Shown: positions 13,790 to 27,778, counted from the first letter of the whole stretch. The stretch: DNA of 61,869 bases, filler included, from Bipalium vagum (GCA_037834085.1; 3 parts of 3 records of this genome joined end to end with filler, not necessarily neighbours in it); one strand, 5' to 3'. Notes: generated by a model not told the origin, from the letters alone. Program-made: numbers and translations.

Positions 13790-14730
13790 AATTTAACTGT
13801 GTGATCCGTCTATTACTTCAAAAGGGAATAGCAAGAAACAAATTACTAATCACCGTCAAGATGTATATTGCGAAAAAACCATATCTCATTTGACTATTTC
13901 TAAGAGAATCTGAGAATTTTCATTTAGTCGAACATGTGTTTTTGATACTACCAACAAAAGGAATGTATGTTACTAAGGAGGAAGAAATTACTAAGAAATT
14001 GATACTGTGGAAAAAATAAACGAAAGATTACTTAAATCTGAAAGAATTGCCTAGCTGCTTCTATAGCACATCAATATTCGAAAGATTTGGCAAGTTCACG
14101 TCGATATTTTTATCAGATGTGATTATGGTTACTTAATAAACTACCTGAGAAAGGAATCTTCGTGTTCTTCATGCAGTTGGATCAAATGATTTATCAAATA
14201 TATAACTCCAGACTAGTTGTTATTGAGTTTCTAATTTCTTTATTCTAAACAGGAGTCAGATGAATGAATTTTCCAAATGATAAGCCACCAAATTTCTTGG
14301 GTTTTGGAATTTCGCATGGAAAATGTCCCATGTTGAAAGCCTTTTGCAATAGAAATGGCATCTTGAACCTACATTTTACTTAAGAAATCTTAAATTCAAA
14401 TTACTACAGTATTCACATATATTTGAAACCCGAAGCATCCGACGCAAACTAGACAACATGTCCTCTTTTGCTCCATCATAAAACTTCTACTCACACACCA
14501 AAGAAAGCACAAGAAACGTTAACAAAAGTTGGAATTGTGCAGCAGGGTCATTATCAAGTGATTTTGGGTTGTTCAGTAATGTGCAAGAACAAAAATACGT
14601 TTCAGAGGATAAATTGAAGGATAGCGATATTACTCGAGGAGAAGAATCAACATTTTTTGAAATTAGTTTCAATTGAATGATCGCTTGATGGAACATATAC
14701 GCGTAAACGACGTCAATGAATTCCAAATAC
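13790..14730 (+). mobile_element. heavily decayed mariner
   Basis: Fragments of N-terminal HTH, DKTS-H/DNA-like motif and C-terminal IA*W; many stops. Confidence 0.55.
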
Positions 14731-15049
14731 GTTTAATAAAATATATAATATAACTAGACTTTATTAAATGGCAGACTTAGAATTCTATAATAGATCAGAT
14801 AAATGTCTAAGGGCAATGATTCTTAATATTTTGTATTGATAACATAATGTCTTGATTGTCTTCCGACATTTACTCTCGTATTTTCTTGAACATTCTAACA
14901 ATTAATTTTTTTCCATAGTCTATTGCCATGTGTTCGAGATAATTCGGGTTTTTATAAAATCCACCTAAATTTCATTTGCTTAATGGGGCTAATTTATCGA
15001 TAATATTAATCTTGAAAAAATAATTTTTTTTAATATAAATTTCAAATAC

Positions 15050-15480
15050 AATGATAGAGTCGCTTCGCGTGGAAAATCACTCAAAAAACTTTTGCTTTGC
15101 CTGGCTTTATCATCCTACATCGCTTAAAGGTTTAATTAGAATGATGAAAAATAATTTCAATACAAAAAGAAAAATCTATATTAGTCGTTATCATAAAAGA
15201 ATCTAAATTTCATAGCTTATTTTAAAGAGAAGATTTATGCTGAGATCTCCAAAAATATGGCTGATCTGGCAAATGAGATGAATGAACCCAAATGAAAGGT
15301 CAATGTAGCAAGAAGGCATAGTATGTGCTACAAATCATATGTAATCTGACTAAGACATCTCGTGATACATAAAAAAAGAAAATGGAAAAAAACCGTAAAC
15401 TTAGGGGACGATGTTTACTTAATGAAATGAATGGAATGATGGCGCTTGGTGGTTATCTGGAAAGCGGCCTACAGTCATGT
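15050..15480 (+). mobile_element. possible non-LTR retrotransposon 3' remnant
   Basis: GC-richer relic ending in W-W-R-L-V-V-like peptide, followed by a short tandem-repeat tail. Confidence 0.25.
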
Positions 15481-15535
15481 ACAATTAGAAAAGTACAATT
15501 GAAAATTAGTACAATTAAAAAGTACAATTGAAAAG
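15479..15535. repeat. short tandem repeat (GTACAATT-containing unit x4)
   Basis: gtacaattagaaaa gtacaattgaaaatta gtacaattaaaaa gtacaattgaaaa. Confidence 0.8.
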
Positions 15536-15539
15536 TTTT

Positions 15540-16490
15540 GAGCATAAGTAAGAAGATAAAAGTTTATTGACTTTTTTTACAAAATCTTTAAAAGAAATCT
15601 TTCAAGATTATAATACACCGCCTCATCCGATTTTGTCATTTGCGATAGACTTTAGCCAGTTCTCAGAATGGATGCTGTCAATGAAGAAAAAGATAGTTTT
15701 TTTCCAAATCCTCTTCTGTCAGAAACTTTCGACCCTTTAAATGTTTCTTAAAGATTTTGAAGACTCAAAAGTCAGAGGCAGATAAGTCTGGATTGTAAGG
15801 AGGGTGTTGAAGTAACTCGAATTTTACAGCATTCAAATATTCGGTTTTTAGTGAAGATTTATGTGAACGAGCATTACCACGGTTCAGAATTATCCGCTTT
15901 ACATAAAAAACACTTTGGTCGGCTCTCAGAATTTACTGTAAAGACACGATGCAAATAAATATTTGTATACCATTCCTTTGTGATCACCTCTCTCTTTTCC
16001 AACTTGATAACCTTGTCGATTCGTATCGAACGAAAGAGTACAGCATACATTATATTCTTCAAGTGAATCTCAGATTTTGGCTCTTTTTGGTTTAATTCGC
16101 CTTCAAGAACCCATACTTTTGCCTCATCACACTGAAAAATTCTTATAAAAATATACACAAGTCTCATTACCAATCACCAGTCGATTAATAATAGTCGATT
16201 ATTCAAATTTCTCGAGGCTCCCCTGCCAAATTTCCAACCGGATCTGCGATTTTTCCTCGGAAGTTAGAGCAAGAGGTGTCGCCCAGGCATTTATTCAGCA
16301 CTTCTGCTATTTGATTTATAGTGATACATCTGTTGAGCGACCCGAGCACGGAAGGTCTTCAAAGGATATTCTGACCGAAACTTAAAGAACCAATTGGTAA
16401 TGTTTGAGTACTTTATACACTGTTTGGTCCAAAAATATAATTAAAACAGTGAACAATTAATACTCGGATTTTTCAAAAATTAACTAAGGT
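15540..16490 (-). mobile_element. decayed mariner
   Basis: Minus strand: CDEAKVWV, HGNARSH, QHPPYNPDLSASDF motifs. Confidence 0.8.
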
Positions 16491-16739
16491 ATGTTTTTCA
16501 TTCATTCTGAATTTTAATCATTTATTAATACAACTAATACTTGTAGTAAGTAAAGCAAAGTACCTATACTTTCAAAATTACGTTTTGAATTAATGTTTAA
16601 TTAATTTAATTAAACAAATATTAATATAAGTAAATTTGAATCCTGGATGCTGAAATACTAAAGACTTTTTAATAATACTGTTAGTGAAAATAATACTGAT
16701 AATAATTTTCCAGTCTCTGTCATGCTGTAACAGCCATAT

Positions 16740-17110
16740 CCAGTGAAAGTGGTATCATGCGCCTTCGCAGACAAAGCCAAGAAATACATTAAGTTACTGA
16801 AGGCGATATTGAAACTCTGGATGGACAAGATACTCGGTTGTTGAAATTGTATATTCAAGAAGGACTCACCTCCCGCTCATAAAGCAAGGAGCACTCAGAT
16901 TTGTTTATGAAAATCTAACTTGAAGTAATCACCAGACTTATGGGGTTATTCCCACCATGACTGTAATCCTTTGATTATCTGTTGGTCGTGGTGGAGACAT
17001 AGGTCAAAGCACTATCAAGTTATTACAGAATATTGCCAATAAGATAATGGTTCATTTGAACCTGGAAGAGAAAATATTGCCTAGACTTTCATATTGTTCT
17101 ATACCCGTTT
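16740..17110 (+). mobile_element. Tc1/mariner (maT, DD37D-like) catalytic fragment
   Basis: KKYIKLLKAILKLWMDK...IFKKDSPPAHKARSTQ...LWGYSHHDCNPL. Confidence 0.65.
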
Positions 17111-17879
17111 TTATTTAAGTATACTTACTAAATAATTTTATTTACATTCTCTTATTTTGTATACAAAAATTACCCATTTATCTCGATCAACAATACTGTC
17201 ATCTAGAATTACAAAACTTTCTTCAGTCCGAAAAAAATGATTTTAACATTAAATATTATTTAAATTATTTGAGGAAAACGATATCATTCCCAAATGTGAT
17301 TTTAGAAAAGTACATTATATTCCATAAATCACTTAAATAATTAATTTTGATAATTATATATTATTAATTGAAAAAGATTCTAGTATTTCTTTTGAATTTA
17401 TATTCAATTTCTATTTTTTTAACTAATAAAAATAATAAAATTAATAAATTATTTAATAATAATAATAATAAATTTTAATTTAAAGAATGAAACAAAAATG
17501 TTCAATTTTCCAAAATAATTACATTTACTAGATTATGTACTGGATTAACTACAAAGTAATTTGTAGAACTATCAATCTTTGAAAATTATTATGCTTTCTT
17601 ATTAGAGATATGAAAATAAATAAAAATTTGGTAGCAAATATGTTCAAAATATTTGTTTAATTTTATATATTATCATTTTATTTTTTTCAAATTTAAGATA
17701 ATCACGCTCTATTACAATTTTATTAATATTATTCTATATATTACCTCCTTTATTTTATTACTTAATATTATAATATACGTAATTATTAAAAAACACGAAT
17801 CATCAATCCTTTTTATCGTATTTTAAAATAGGTTTAAGAAAAATTTTTTATAATATCAATTTTTTTTAACCATTTTCAG

Positions 17880-18540
17880 ACACGATTCTATATTAAGTGG
17901 ATTTGGAATTCCAACGTTATTTATAAATACGTTTCTCATATGTTATGAATTGTTCGTCATATTTTTCTTGTATAATTCTTCAAACCAGGCTCTTCTGTCA
18001 GGTTTTAAATAAAAGATTTTTAGTGAACTCTTTAATGAACTTTTTAATGAACCATTTTTAAATCGTAAAAATATTATAGATCTTTCGATTATTTTGAGTT
18101 CTTTTATACAGAATATCCCAAAAGTACATGAACCGCAAACTTAAATAAAGATTATATATCAAAAACAAATATAATGTAATTTCTTCATTTATGTTATTTT
18201 ATGTTATCTTTGGTATTATTCATTTCTTTCTGCAAATAGTATTCTTTGGAATGACTTTGTTTCACGATCTTATTGAGTTTGTTCTGACGTCATTGCTTGA
18301 TTTTTGTGCAGTGCATATGAAATAAATATGTCGAGAGGTTTTTTAAAATTCTGTGAATTCAAATTAAACATTGAATCCGACTTTGTAATTTGACAGAAAA
18401 TTTCTTCATATTCTTCATCTTTATATATTTTAGGATAATTAACCAATGATCAAGTGTTAATATTTATATTAATTATCAACAAAATTCTCAAATTATCAGA
18501 CTTCACGGTCTTAACGTTGAGTTCGTTGATTACTAACACC
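17880..18540 (-). pseudogene. unidentified decayed coding relic (TE/virus-like)
   Basis: Long frame broken by stops: YPKIYKDEEYEEIFCQITK...QAMTSEQTQ*DRETKSFQR...CGSCTFGIFC...KPDRRAWFEELYKK. Confidence 0.3.
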
Positions 18541-18689
18541 TTTTCAAAATAAATAACACTATAGAATCGAACACCTTATTACACCACATGAAAAAGTCAT
18601 TTGGTCTGAATACACCTAACGAACGCACTTTTCAACTCTGTATGATCTCATGGCTTAGAAGCCGAAATGAGAGATTTGAAGATAAAGTA

Positions 18690-19290
18690 CATAGTAATTA
18701 ACAGTCATCCCTTAAAAAAACACAAATTTCAAACATTCGCCGAGGCTGAACAAACAGAGAGTTCGCTAAGGAATTTGAATTTAGCATCTGATAGTTCTGA
18801 AGCATATAGAGGTAATGGGGAAAACATCTATATGAAGCATAGAAACAGTTTTGAAGCAGAATAATAATTTCTACCAACTGGTGATTTATCAAGATATATA
18901 ATCAGGCGAGACGATTATTACTAAGATATATTTTCAGTAAATCTAGGTTAACTTAAGCATATTTGACCAGTACTTTTTTTCAGGAAGATCCGTATACCTC
19001 TACACCACTAAGAAAAATTGAATGTCTCCACGTCAACCATGCAAAAATTGAACGAACTTGGATAGGAAACTTTGCATAATCCACCTTTCCCAAAATTTGT
19101 GCTAATCGATTATTATTTCTTTAGTCAGCTTAGCAACATTATACTTTAGAAAGATTTGAAATACCAAGGTTATGCTGAAATGGCTTTCAAAGGGTTTATC
19201 GTTTTATGAAATCCTGATTTTCAAGTTTTTTGAATTAGCAAACTTGTTTCTAGATGATTAGAACGTACAGATAGTAAGGTTTGTGATTTC
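18690..19290 (+). mobile_element. mariner remnant (cecropia/Hsmar1-like)
   Basis: KLNELG*ETLHNPPF...DYYFFSQL...AEMAFKGFI...ISKLVSR. Confidence 0.7.
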
Positions 19291-19911
19291 AATTAATGAA
19301 CTTTATTAAGAGATGAGCCATTAAAATTCAACCAGTAAAATCTTCTTTATTAACATTTAAATATTTATTCAGATTTTCCAATTATGTGTAATAACATTTT
19401 TAAAATATTTAATGCATTTTATTTTTATATCAAATATTTTATTTTATGAGACTTTAAATTCACAATTGATCAAAAATATAAATGAAAAAAATCTTTCACA
19501 AATTTTGCAGAATCTATTTTTTACATATATGTTACGGTTTGATGTAATTGATTAGAAAATGAAATTGGATATTGAGTAAAAAAATTAAATTCATAAAATT
19601 CATAATGATCTCGTAGCTTCGTTCGATAATTTTGGTTTTTGATATCATTTTCTTATTATATCTAATTATTTTATTTATTTATATGATTTTCCCTTTCTTG
19701 TTTTCAGCGTTTCATATTTCTAATTTAATACGCTAATATATATGTATATAAATATTATATCAGTGCAAAAATATTTTTTTATATTACTTGTATATATTGA
19801 TGTAATATTACTTTAATATATCAATTGATAAATATTGAATATTATATCAATTTTATACCTTTAATTTGATATATTTGCCAATGTGGATAAGTTTAATCAA
19901 AAGCAATTTTA

Positions 19912-20888
19912 TTAGGTTTTCCGAAAAGTAATCTTTTTTAAAAAAAACTTTTAATCAAGTATTATATAATTTCCCGTTGGGTATTTGAACAGATTTTTAT
20001 TTTAAATTAAATGATATCGGAAATCATTTTCCAAGATCGTTTACGGGAAAAGATGTCTGACAATAAACCAACTGAAGACCATCTCCTGAATTAAATGTCA
20101 TTTGAATTTATGAAGGAAATAATGCAACAATAGCTAATGGAAATATTAATGCAGTCTATCCTAATGCCCTGGACGTGCGCAAAATTCAGAGATGGTTTTC
20201 AACATTTAAAAATAGAAATATAGATCTCAAAAATGACCTCAGAAAAGGTAGGCAAATCTATTGTAAAAGCCATCAGATCACCAAACTCAACAGTATTAAT
20301 CACTTAAAAGAAATTCAAACGCCTTGAGACAGAGAGATTTGGTTCCACATCTTTTGTCAGATTCGAACAAAATACAGTGCATAACGATCTGCAATTCTTT
20401 GTTAAGTAGGAGTCGTTTTTCTAGCGAATCATAACCGGGGATGAGAAATGGATCCTCTATGATAATCCAAAGCGTAAATTTCAATGGTTATCTGCTAGAG
20501 AACGAACAGTATGAATCGTCAAACCAAATATTCATGTATAAAACCTTTTACTGTCTATTTGGTGGAACATTTACGGGATTGTTCATTACAAATTTCTCGA
20601 ACCTGGTGAAACGATTACCGCAGATGTTTACTGTGATCAGTTTGTTCACTCCAAATTTTTTTGGCACGGAAAAAATTTAGTTCCCTTGATGATATCAAAA
20701 TGGTACTAAAGGGATATTTCGCGTCAAAGTCAGAAAGTTTTTACAAAGTTGGCATATAAGAGCTATTTTAAAGATGGGATACAGTTTTTGAGAATGATGG
20801 TGACAGTTATTATATATATCATTTTGTATAAAATTTGGATTTTCAAATTTCTATATTAAAAAACGACATTACTTTTCGGAAAACCTAA
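19912..20888 (+). mobile_element. internally deleted mariner with intact TIRs (non-autonomous)
   Basis: Perfect 21-bp TIR TTAGGTTTTCCGAAAAGTAAT, TA both sides; WFSTFK, DLVPHLL, IITGDEKWILYDN retained; DNA and YSPDL motifs deleted. Confidence 0.93.
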
Positions 20889-21756
20889 TAATAATTAATA
20901 ATAAATTAATTATTTAAATAATTAATACTATTGTTAAGCCATACAAGTCCAAATTAGGCACAAAACCATACCAGACACCTTAGTAAATGAGCTAGGTTTC
21001 TTTTACCTCGCTCATATTTCGCATTTGATGAAGAAATGTACTTATATTATAAATTTTTAAAAATTAATTTGCAAAATAAAGTTAAGAAGAAAATAATATC
21101 TTTTCTGATATTTTTTGCAAATCAAAGCCATTATTTAAAAAGATGTTTAAGTCGATCAACTAAACGTAAAGGATAAATGTTAAACGATCATAAGTTCATA
21201 TAAAAAACATAAATTATTATTTGGATCCTTAAAATTTTCACACTAAAGAAAATCAATAATTGTTTATAAATACGATTATAAATTATTAAATTATATTCGC
21301 TCTTTCTTAAACCAATCTAGAAGAAAATTATGAGTGATTTTTGTTGCCTCATTAAAAATTAATGTATATATCATTGATATAAATACATGTCTTAATATTT
21401 CATAAGTAGTACTTATTTATTCAAGTAAAATTGTAAAAAAGTTCAATGATATCCGGATAAAAAATATTTTTTCAGTTGGAGTATATTAAACAGAACTTAT
21501 TTATAAAGTAAAATCAATATTTTCATTTTTACTATTAATATAATCTAAAAGTATTTAGCATTACGACATCCAGGGCTCATGTTTGCTTATATTAATATTT
21601 GTTTAATCAAATCAATTAAAATATCAAATAAAAAAGTTATTTCAAGAGTATAGGTACTATTAGGGTGAGTCATAATAAATCGCGTTTTTTACAAATTTTC
21701 TTTACATAGAAATATTATAAGTATATTAACTTTTAAATATCTAATTAATGTTTAAT

Positions 21757-21856
21757 NNNNNNNNNNNNNNNNNNNNNNNNNNNNNNNNNNNNNNNNNNNN
21801 TTAATTAATTAANNNNNNNNNNNNNNNNNNNNNNNNNNNNNNNNNNNNNNNNNNNN
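21757..21856. other. artificial contig spacer
   Basis: 44 N + TTAATTAATTAA (stops in all six frames) + 44 N = 100 bp. Confidence 0.97.

Positions 21857-21922
<66 letters not shown>
21857..21922. repeat. (TTA)n microsatellite at contig end
   Basis: about 22 perfect units. Confidence 0.95.
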
Positions 21923-21923
<1 letters not shown>

Positions 21924-22619
21924 TTTTTAATTTATTTTATATTATTAAAAATTATGAAAATTGACGCATAGTACAATGTGAATGTATATGCATATATATA
22001 TATATAATTTATTATTATTATTTTTTCAGCATTTTTCAGTAATGAAATATATTTTTTTAAAAGAATTCTTTTGATTATTATTATTAAGAATTATTTTTTA
22101 AGTAAATTATTTGTAAGATTATAAAAATAAATTAATGCTTAAATTATTGTTAAATTAAATTGACGTAACAAATAAATATCTAAAATATATATGTGTAATA
22201 AAAGCTGGGTTAAATTTCAAAAAATCTATAATGATGACGATCATGTTGAGGGAAAAAAAGTTTGAATAAATGTTTTTCGTAAGAAATGATATTTAGTATA
22301 TTGTGGAAGAAAATTCATTATGATATTAAAAAATTTTTGTAACAATAGTCTGGGAGTAATTTCTCGCATTATTACACAAAATGAAAAATTTCGAAAGAAA
22401 AGTACAATTCAAAATCAAATATCTCAATAGTGGAAAAGTGAATATTACATGGTGTTCTCAAAAATTAGAATTTTTCAATAACGCTACTCTACAAATTGAA
22501 ACTTTTTTGTATCGGAGACGGCATTATGATGATACAGTGTATATTTTGCAACTGATTAAAAATATGAAGTTCTTTTTCCTGTAGGAAATCTGGTTCAGGG
22601 AAAAATACATTTTAAAGAA

Positions 22620-23100
22620 TAATAAGAAAAACACTTAATTTTAACAAAAAATATTTTATTTACAATTAAACACTTTCCTACGAGCTTTTCTACTTTGAAG
22701 AGTTTTGGCATTCTTACACTTTAGGAGATGGCATTAGTCTGGCATCATGCTGACGTCTGCCCTGATACCTTTTCTCCATAATGGCTATGTCCTAGTGGAA
22801 TTGTTCACCATGCTTATTGCTATAGGCTCTAAGGTTGCTAGGAAAATATTTCAGACTTGAGCTTTAAAAATGAATTTTTATACACATTCGACATCCTAGG
22901 ACTTGAAAATCTTGGATCATATTCCTGACTGAATTGTCGTGATCATCCGACTTTCGGTTTCCTAAAAAATTATGAACTACCAGAACAAATGAATCCAAGT
23001 TCTATCGGATTCAACTTGGAAGATTATAATTTAACATTAGTAATTTTTGTTCTGAGTTTATAATTATAGCAATTTGTTGTAACCATTCTTTGCAAAATTA
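22620..23100 (-). mobile_element. decayed Tc1-like remnant
   Basis: Minus-strand end resembles Tc1 C-terminus (RMPKLFKV) followed by AATAAA; GC-richer broken frames. Confidence 0.4.
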
Positions 23101-23399
23101 AATTCAAAATTAGCAAACGGGCTCATTCACAATTGCACATCTAATAATTTGTGTTTTCGTAAATTTGAATCAAACATAAATATATATTTGCTTTATCAAT
23201 CACGTACTTCCATTTATTTTGAAGTAAGTTTGACTATGAATATAACGAAACATACTTTTTCTGACAAACAACGCCCAACTTTCATGGCTTATTGTTTAGT
23301 TTTTACGTACAGGTTCAAAATTGATTTCGTATCTAAAATAATTAAGGAAAAGTAAACATTGGCTTAGGTTTTCCTTTATTACTTTGGTATCAATATTTA

Positions 23400-24065
23400 T
23401 TGATATAGATGCTGCTCAAGCACCCGAGACTGCAAAATTCAGTCTACCAGATTAAATCAGACAACTTCGATTTAAATGACTAATTAAGATAGGGTCACCA
23501 AAAGTTGTTTGAAGAAAGTAAATTACAAGATTTTTTATTGAAAACTCAAACAGAAAAAAATGGTTTTGACATTAATCGCACATAAACAAACAATTTTCAG
23601 ATGGCTACATGCACTATTGTGCACAATGAACTTTTGAAATCGAAAGAAATAGTTACATGGAACGATATCAGCATCGACTAAAAGATTAAATGATAATTTG
23701 ATTGAAACAAGACCTGTAATGGCCAAAAGTCAACTCTAAGTCATTCTTTTGCATGACAATGCGAGACCACATCCTTCTTCAATCCTTCCGTACCAACAGA
23801 TTTTCACTTATTCAGGTCAATGGAACATTCTCTGGAAGATATAAAATTCAATTCGTACGAAGATGTTCAAGTTAGATGTCCCATATGATTAATTCTAAAG
23901 AAAAATCATAATTTATCGCCGGAGAATATTCATGTTGTCAGATTTTTTGGGAGAAATTCATTTTGAAAATTTGGAAATACTTTAAATAGTTTTAATGTGC
24001 CAATTTGTCATAAATTAAATATTAATTGTTGTTTAAAAAGTCTAAAATTAATGTACTCTCCTAAT
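23400..24065 (+). mobile_element. mariner remnant (mauritiana-like)
   Basis: VILLHDNARPH, PTDFHLFRSMEHSLEDIKFNSYEDVQ. Confidence 0.85.
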
Positions 24066-24690
24066 GTATATATTTTCGTTTCGTAAAATTTAATTATTTT
24101 TATTATCTCATTTATTTTTTCTATTTAAATTCACATTTCAAAAAAGATGAGCTTTTATCTTTTTCATGTTTAGAGGACATTATTAAAATGTTAAATTGAT
24201 TAATTTTAACAATTAATAAAAAAGATAAAAGTTTATTACAAAATTAGAACAAAAACATTTGTAAAGTTTAAAGTTTAACTGAAAGTATAATTAAGAATTG
24301 TAATGAAAATTAATAAAATGTGTAAAAGTACTTTAATAGGAGCAAATAATCACAACGAGCACGAATATTTTTAACATTGAATATGTTTTTATTATTAAAT
24401 CCTTGGTGTCTCTAATTTCAAGACAATGAAAAGCACAGTGAAAACCCACAACTCACTGACACGTCATTTTATTATTTAACCTTCACACCATCTTTACCAT
24501 ACAATATTGAGCGCACAAATTGAAATTAAAGTTATTCCCATCGATAACCTTCGAGTCTCCGAAATTCAAAATTTAATCACTTGATCGAATAATCAATCTT
24601 CTGGTGTTTTTTTTAATTTTTTACCATTTCAGCAGTAAAATATTTGGATTCAAAATACTTTTTGAACAATATTATTGATTTACTTTTCAG

Positions 24691-24796
24691 ACCCTCAACG
24701 CCTATTCATGATCTTCTGGCGCACAAATTCCAAAACGATTGGCTGGAACAACAAAGTCTTAAGCAAAAAGAGCTGATGGAAATTGAAAGAAATCGA
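24691..24796 (+). CDS. CFAP77: CFAP77 internal exon
   Basis: TTTTCAG|...|GTAAAC; (R)PSTPIHDLLAHKFQNDWLEQQSLKQKELMEIERNR matches CFAP77 [22 protein letters not shown]; phase 2 to 0. Confidence 0.9.
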
Positions 24797-25329
24797 GTAA
24801 ACTTTTTTATTTTTTCAAAAATGTTATCCAGTTTTACAAAGAGAATTTTTACAATTTTTAATGTTTTCATTGTCCTTTTTTATTATTTTAAATTTTAAAA
24901 AATATTTTTTAATTAAAAATTTTTTTTTATTAAATAATATTAATTTGAATTATTTATATATGTAATACCATAATATGGATTATTTATATTTATATTTTAT
25001 TTTTAATTTACAATTAATTATAAAATTAAATTAAAACAAATAAAATTAATAATGATAAATAATAATAAATAAATAATAATATTTAATTATTAATAATTAT
25101 TTATAAACAAGATTTATTAATTTCAAATTTAATTATAAATAATTTTATTATCACTTACATAATAATTATAATTCGCAAATGTTTATAATGAAAACTCTAA
25201 TTAGTCTTTTGTTTAAATAATTGTTTTTATCAGAAATCAATATTTTAATTTCTTTTGTGAAATCTATCACTTTGCTATAAATAAATTTATATTGTTGCAC
25301 TTTTGTTTTTGCAGAGATATCTTTAATTT

Positions 25330-26230
25330 ATTAATTATAATTGACGTATGGCCAAAACTTTACAATGAGATTATGGCAGATATAGTTCACAGATTACTTT
25401 GGATTTAGGATCTAGCAGAATAAGATGAGGAAATATCGAAAAATTTTAAAAAATATTAGAAAAAATAAATAAAATTGCGAAAGGAAACATTAATAATTTA
25501 TCTGTTATCAATATTCATACAATATTCCAATGACATTTTGACATGTTCCATCGATTTTTCCTCTCAACTCATACTTGAAAGATTACTTGACGGGGAAGCG
25601 CAATCATTCTTTTTCCCGGTTACGAAACATGAAATATATTTATAAAAAATATTTTTTGTTGAAATATCTTCAGAACAGGAAAACCCTGACCTGCAAGAAG
25701 ATAACCTTGCAAGATTTAAAAGAGTTAAATTGTATTTCAAAATCTGTATCGGATTTACAAAATAGCATAAAATTAAGAAAAAAGATAAAAGACAATTATT
25801 ATGACAGTCGTCGCAATGCATTGTGAAGCTGATATTATAAACAAAAACTCTTCCTGAATTTGGATATCATTATAACATGAGATAAAAGAAAATGATGAAC
25901 TTTTATCTTTTGTGAAATTTGTATCAATTAAAACAACTCTCCTCTTAAAGAACGAAGATTTATATAGTCACTACAGCTGAAAATTGTGAACATTATGAAG
26001 GGTTCCTTGACCTTTCATTAATTTCTGGCAACTCTCTCTATTTTTTTTGGTCAAAGCGGAATAAAACTGATAGATGATGAAATCAAGAAAAATGTCTTAA
26101 AAATGAAATGATTTTTTCCTGTATTAAAGGAGGAGAAATGTGGAACTTATTGGGAATGCAATGAACTATCTTCCCCCCCTATGATAGAATTCTTCATTAA
26201 TCTCAAAACAAGAAAGTCTTAAAATATTTG
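25330..26230 (+). pseudogene. decayed coding relic in CFAP77 intron, possibly LTR-retrotransposon gag
   Basis: Broken frames incl. LERLLDGEAQSFF; no splice-compatible link to CFAP77. Confidence 0.25.
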
Positions 26231-26299
26231 TAAGGTAAGAAAGAAAGAGTTAACTCAACGAGAATCAAATATTCAACACTTTTTTAATGTATCGTTTCT

Positions 26300-26900
26300 A
26301 TTAACCTGTCCAAGATTGGAAACTGTATTCACAAATTAAAGGTGTTTAGAGCATTTATTCAATTACGAAACTATTAAATGTAGACAAATCTCAGTCAATA
26401 TTCGTTCAATCACATGTACTATCTGTATATAAGGAGAACTGACTTCATGGAAAAATTTCTTACAGCACCCTCTGACTATCACTCATATCGGTCATTGCAG
26501 TATTTCCTTTCCGGTAAATAGTTTCAAAACAAGATGGTATCAACAACGATATGCTCCAGGTATTCCATTTCAAAGATGAAAGTTTTTCCTGAAGATAGAT
26601 TGGTTTCTCGTTGGTAAAAATTTATAGATACGGGTGGAGAATAATCCTATAGTTACACAAGTGATATAACCGTAAAAGATTTTTAATTATGCTAATTGAA
26701 TAAAAACGGAAATTTCTTTTTCGGATGATCCTTTATCTCGACACAGTCCCGGTTTAGTTCCCTCTGATATTTTTTGGCTTACGTATCAGAGGATAACCAG
26801 TTGTGTCTTGACAATGTCAATAATTATGAGATTAAATGGTTGGAAATTTATTAAGATTTTTCGTAGAAAAATAATAAAAATAAATTTTGTTTCAATCATA
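26300..26900 (+). mobile_element. decayed mariner fragments
   Basis: APSDYH and HSPGLVPSDIF motifs. Confidence 0.5.
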
Positions 26901-27067
26901 GTTCTTTGAGGTGTGTCATATCACGGTTTAAGTAACATTATTAAATGTATAAATCTGAAAAATGGGAATCATGATTTATCAAAAAATGGAATATATATAG
27001 ATAAAAAATATAACTATATAAGTAAAATAATATAAATAAAGAGATTTTTAAAAAATTATATCTTTAG

Positions 27068-27175
27068 ATTATCAAAACATTCAAACCAAGTGATACCCGT
27101 TCTTCTCTGTTGCGAACATATATGGTACCGGCTCCTGAAAAAGAACTATGGATCATGCCAAAATATAGAAACAAG
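27068..27175 (+). CDS. CFAP77: CFAP77 penultimate coding exon
   Basis: TCTTTAG|...AAG|GTTATT; IIKTFKPSDTRSSLLRTYMVPAPEKELWIMPKYRNK matches [28 protein letters not shown]; 108 bp, phase 0-0. Confidence 0.9.
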
Positions 27176-27639
27176 GTTATTTTTTTTAATTCCAATTCCA
27201 GTTTTTAGGACGATCAATAAAAAATTTAAAAAAAATGTTTAAATTGAAAATCTAATAAAAATAAACAAGAATAAAATTTAAAAGTACAAAAAATATTTTT
27301 TGACAGATTTTTTACTAATAGAAAAAAGTATTCAGTAAATGGATTAAATGTCTTAAAAACGGAATTTTTACAACTGTTTAATAATATATTATTTCATATT
27401 TTAAAAACAAATAACCTTTCCACATATTATAATCAATTTTAATATTATTATAAATATATGAATAAAAAAAAATAAATACAAAAAAAATATAAATAAATAA
27501 ATAAATAAACACATAATTAAATGAATAAATACAAAAATAATATATATTATAAGTACTTTTAATATCCTAATTGTGACAGGTGAATTGCTTTAACTTTTAA
27601 ATTTTAAATCATAAATTTAATGGTTCAAATTAATTTTTA

Positions 27640-27778
27640 CATAAATTATTTATGAAATATAAATTATTTATTTTATTTTATTTTATTTTTAAAATAAATT
27701 ATTCATGAAATATAAATTATTTATTTTATTTTTAAAATAAATTATTCATGAAATATAAATTATATTTTTTATTTTATT
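27640..27778. repeat. AT-rich minisatellite, 3 copies of about 43 bp
   Basis: ATAAATTATT(T/C)ATGAAATATAAATTAT(TTATT)n repeated. Confidence 0.75.

Noticed and set aside
15479-15535. CRISPR-like repeat
   Set aside because: Units are 13-16 bp with no unique spacers, no cas genes, eukaryotic context.
17880-18540. TAA read as Gln (alternative genetic code)
   Set aside because: The frame also has TGA stops, spliced host exons contain no in-frame TAA, and the CFAP77 and mariner frames end in TAA.
20970-21045. Minus-strand peptide ...AKYERGKRNL resembling a neuropeptide cleavage site
   Set aside because: Single short motif with no signal peptide or linked exons.
21801-21812. Palindrome TTAATTAATTAA as a biological site (also 37960-37971)
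   Set aside because: Embedded symmetrically in N runs; assembly linker.
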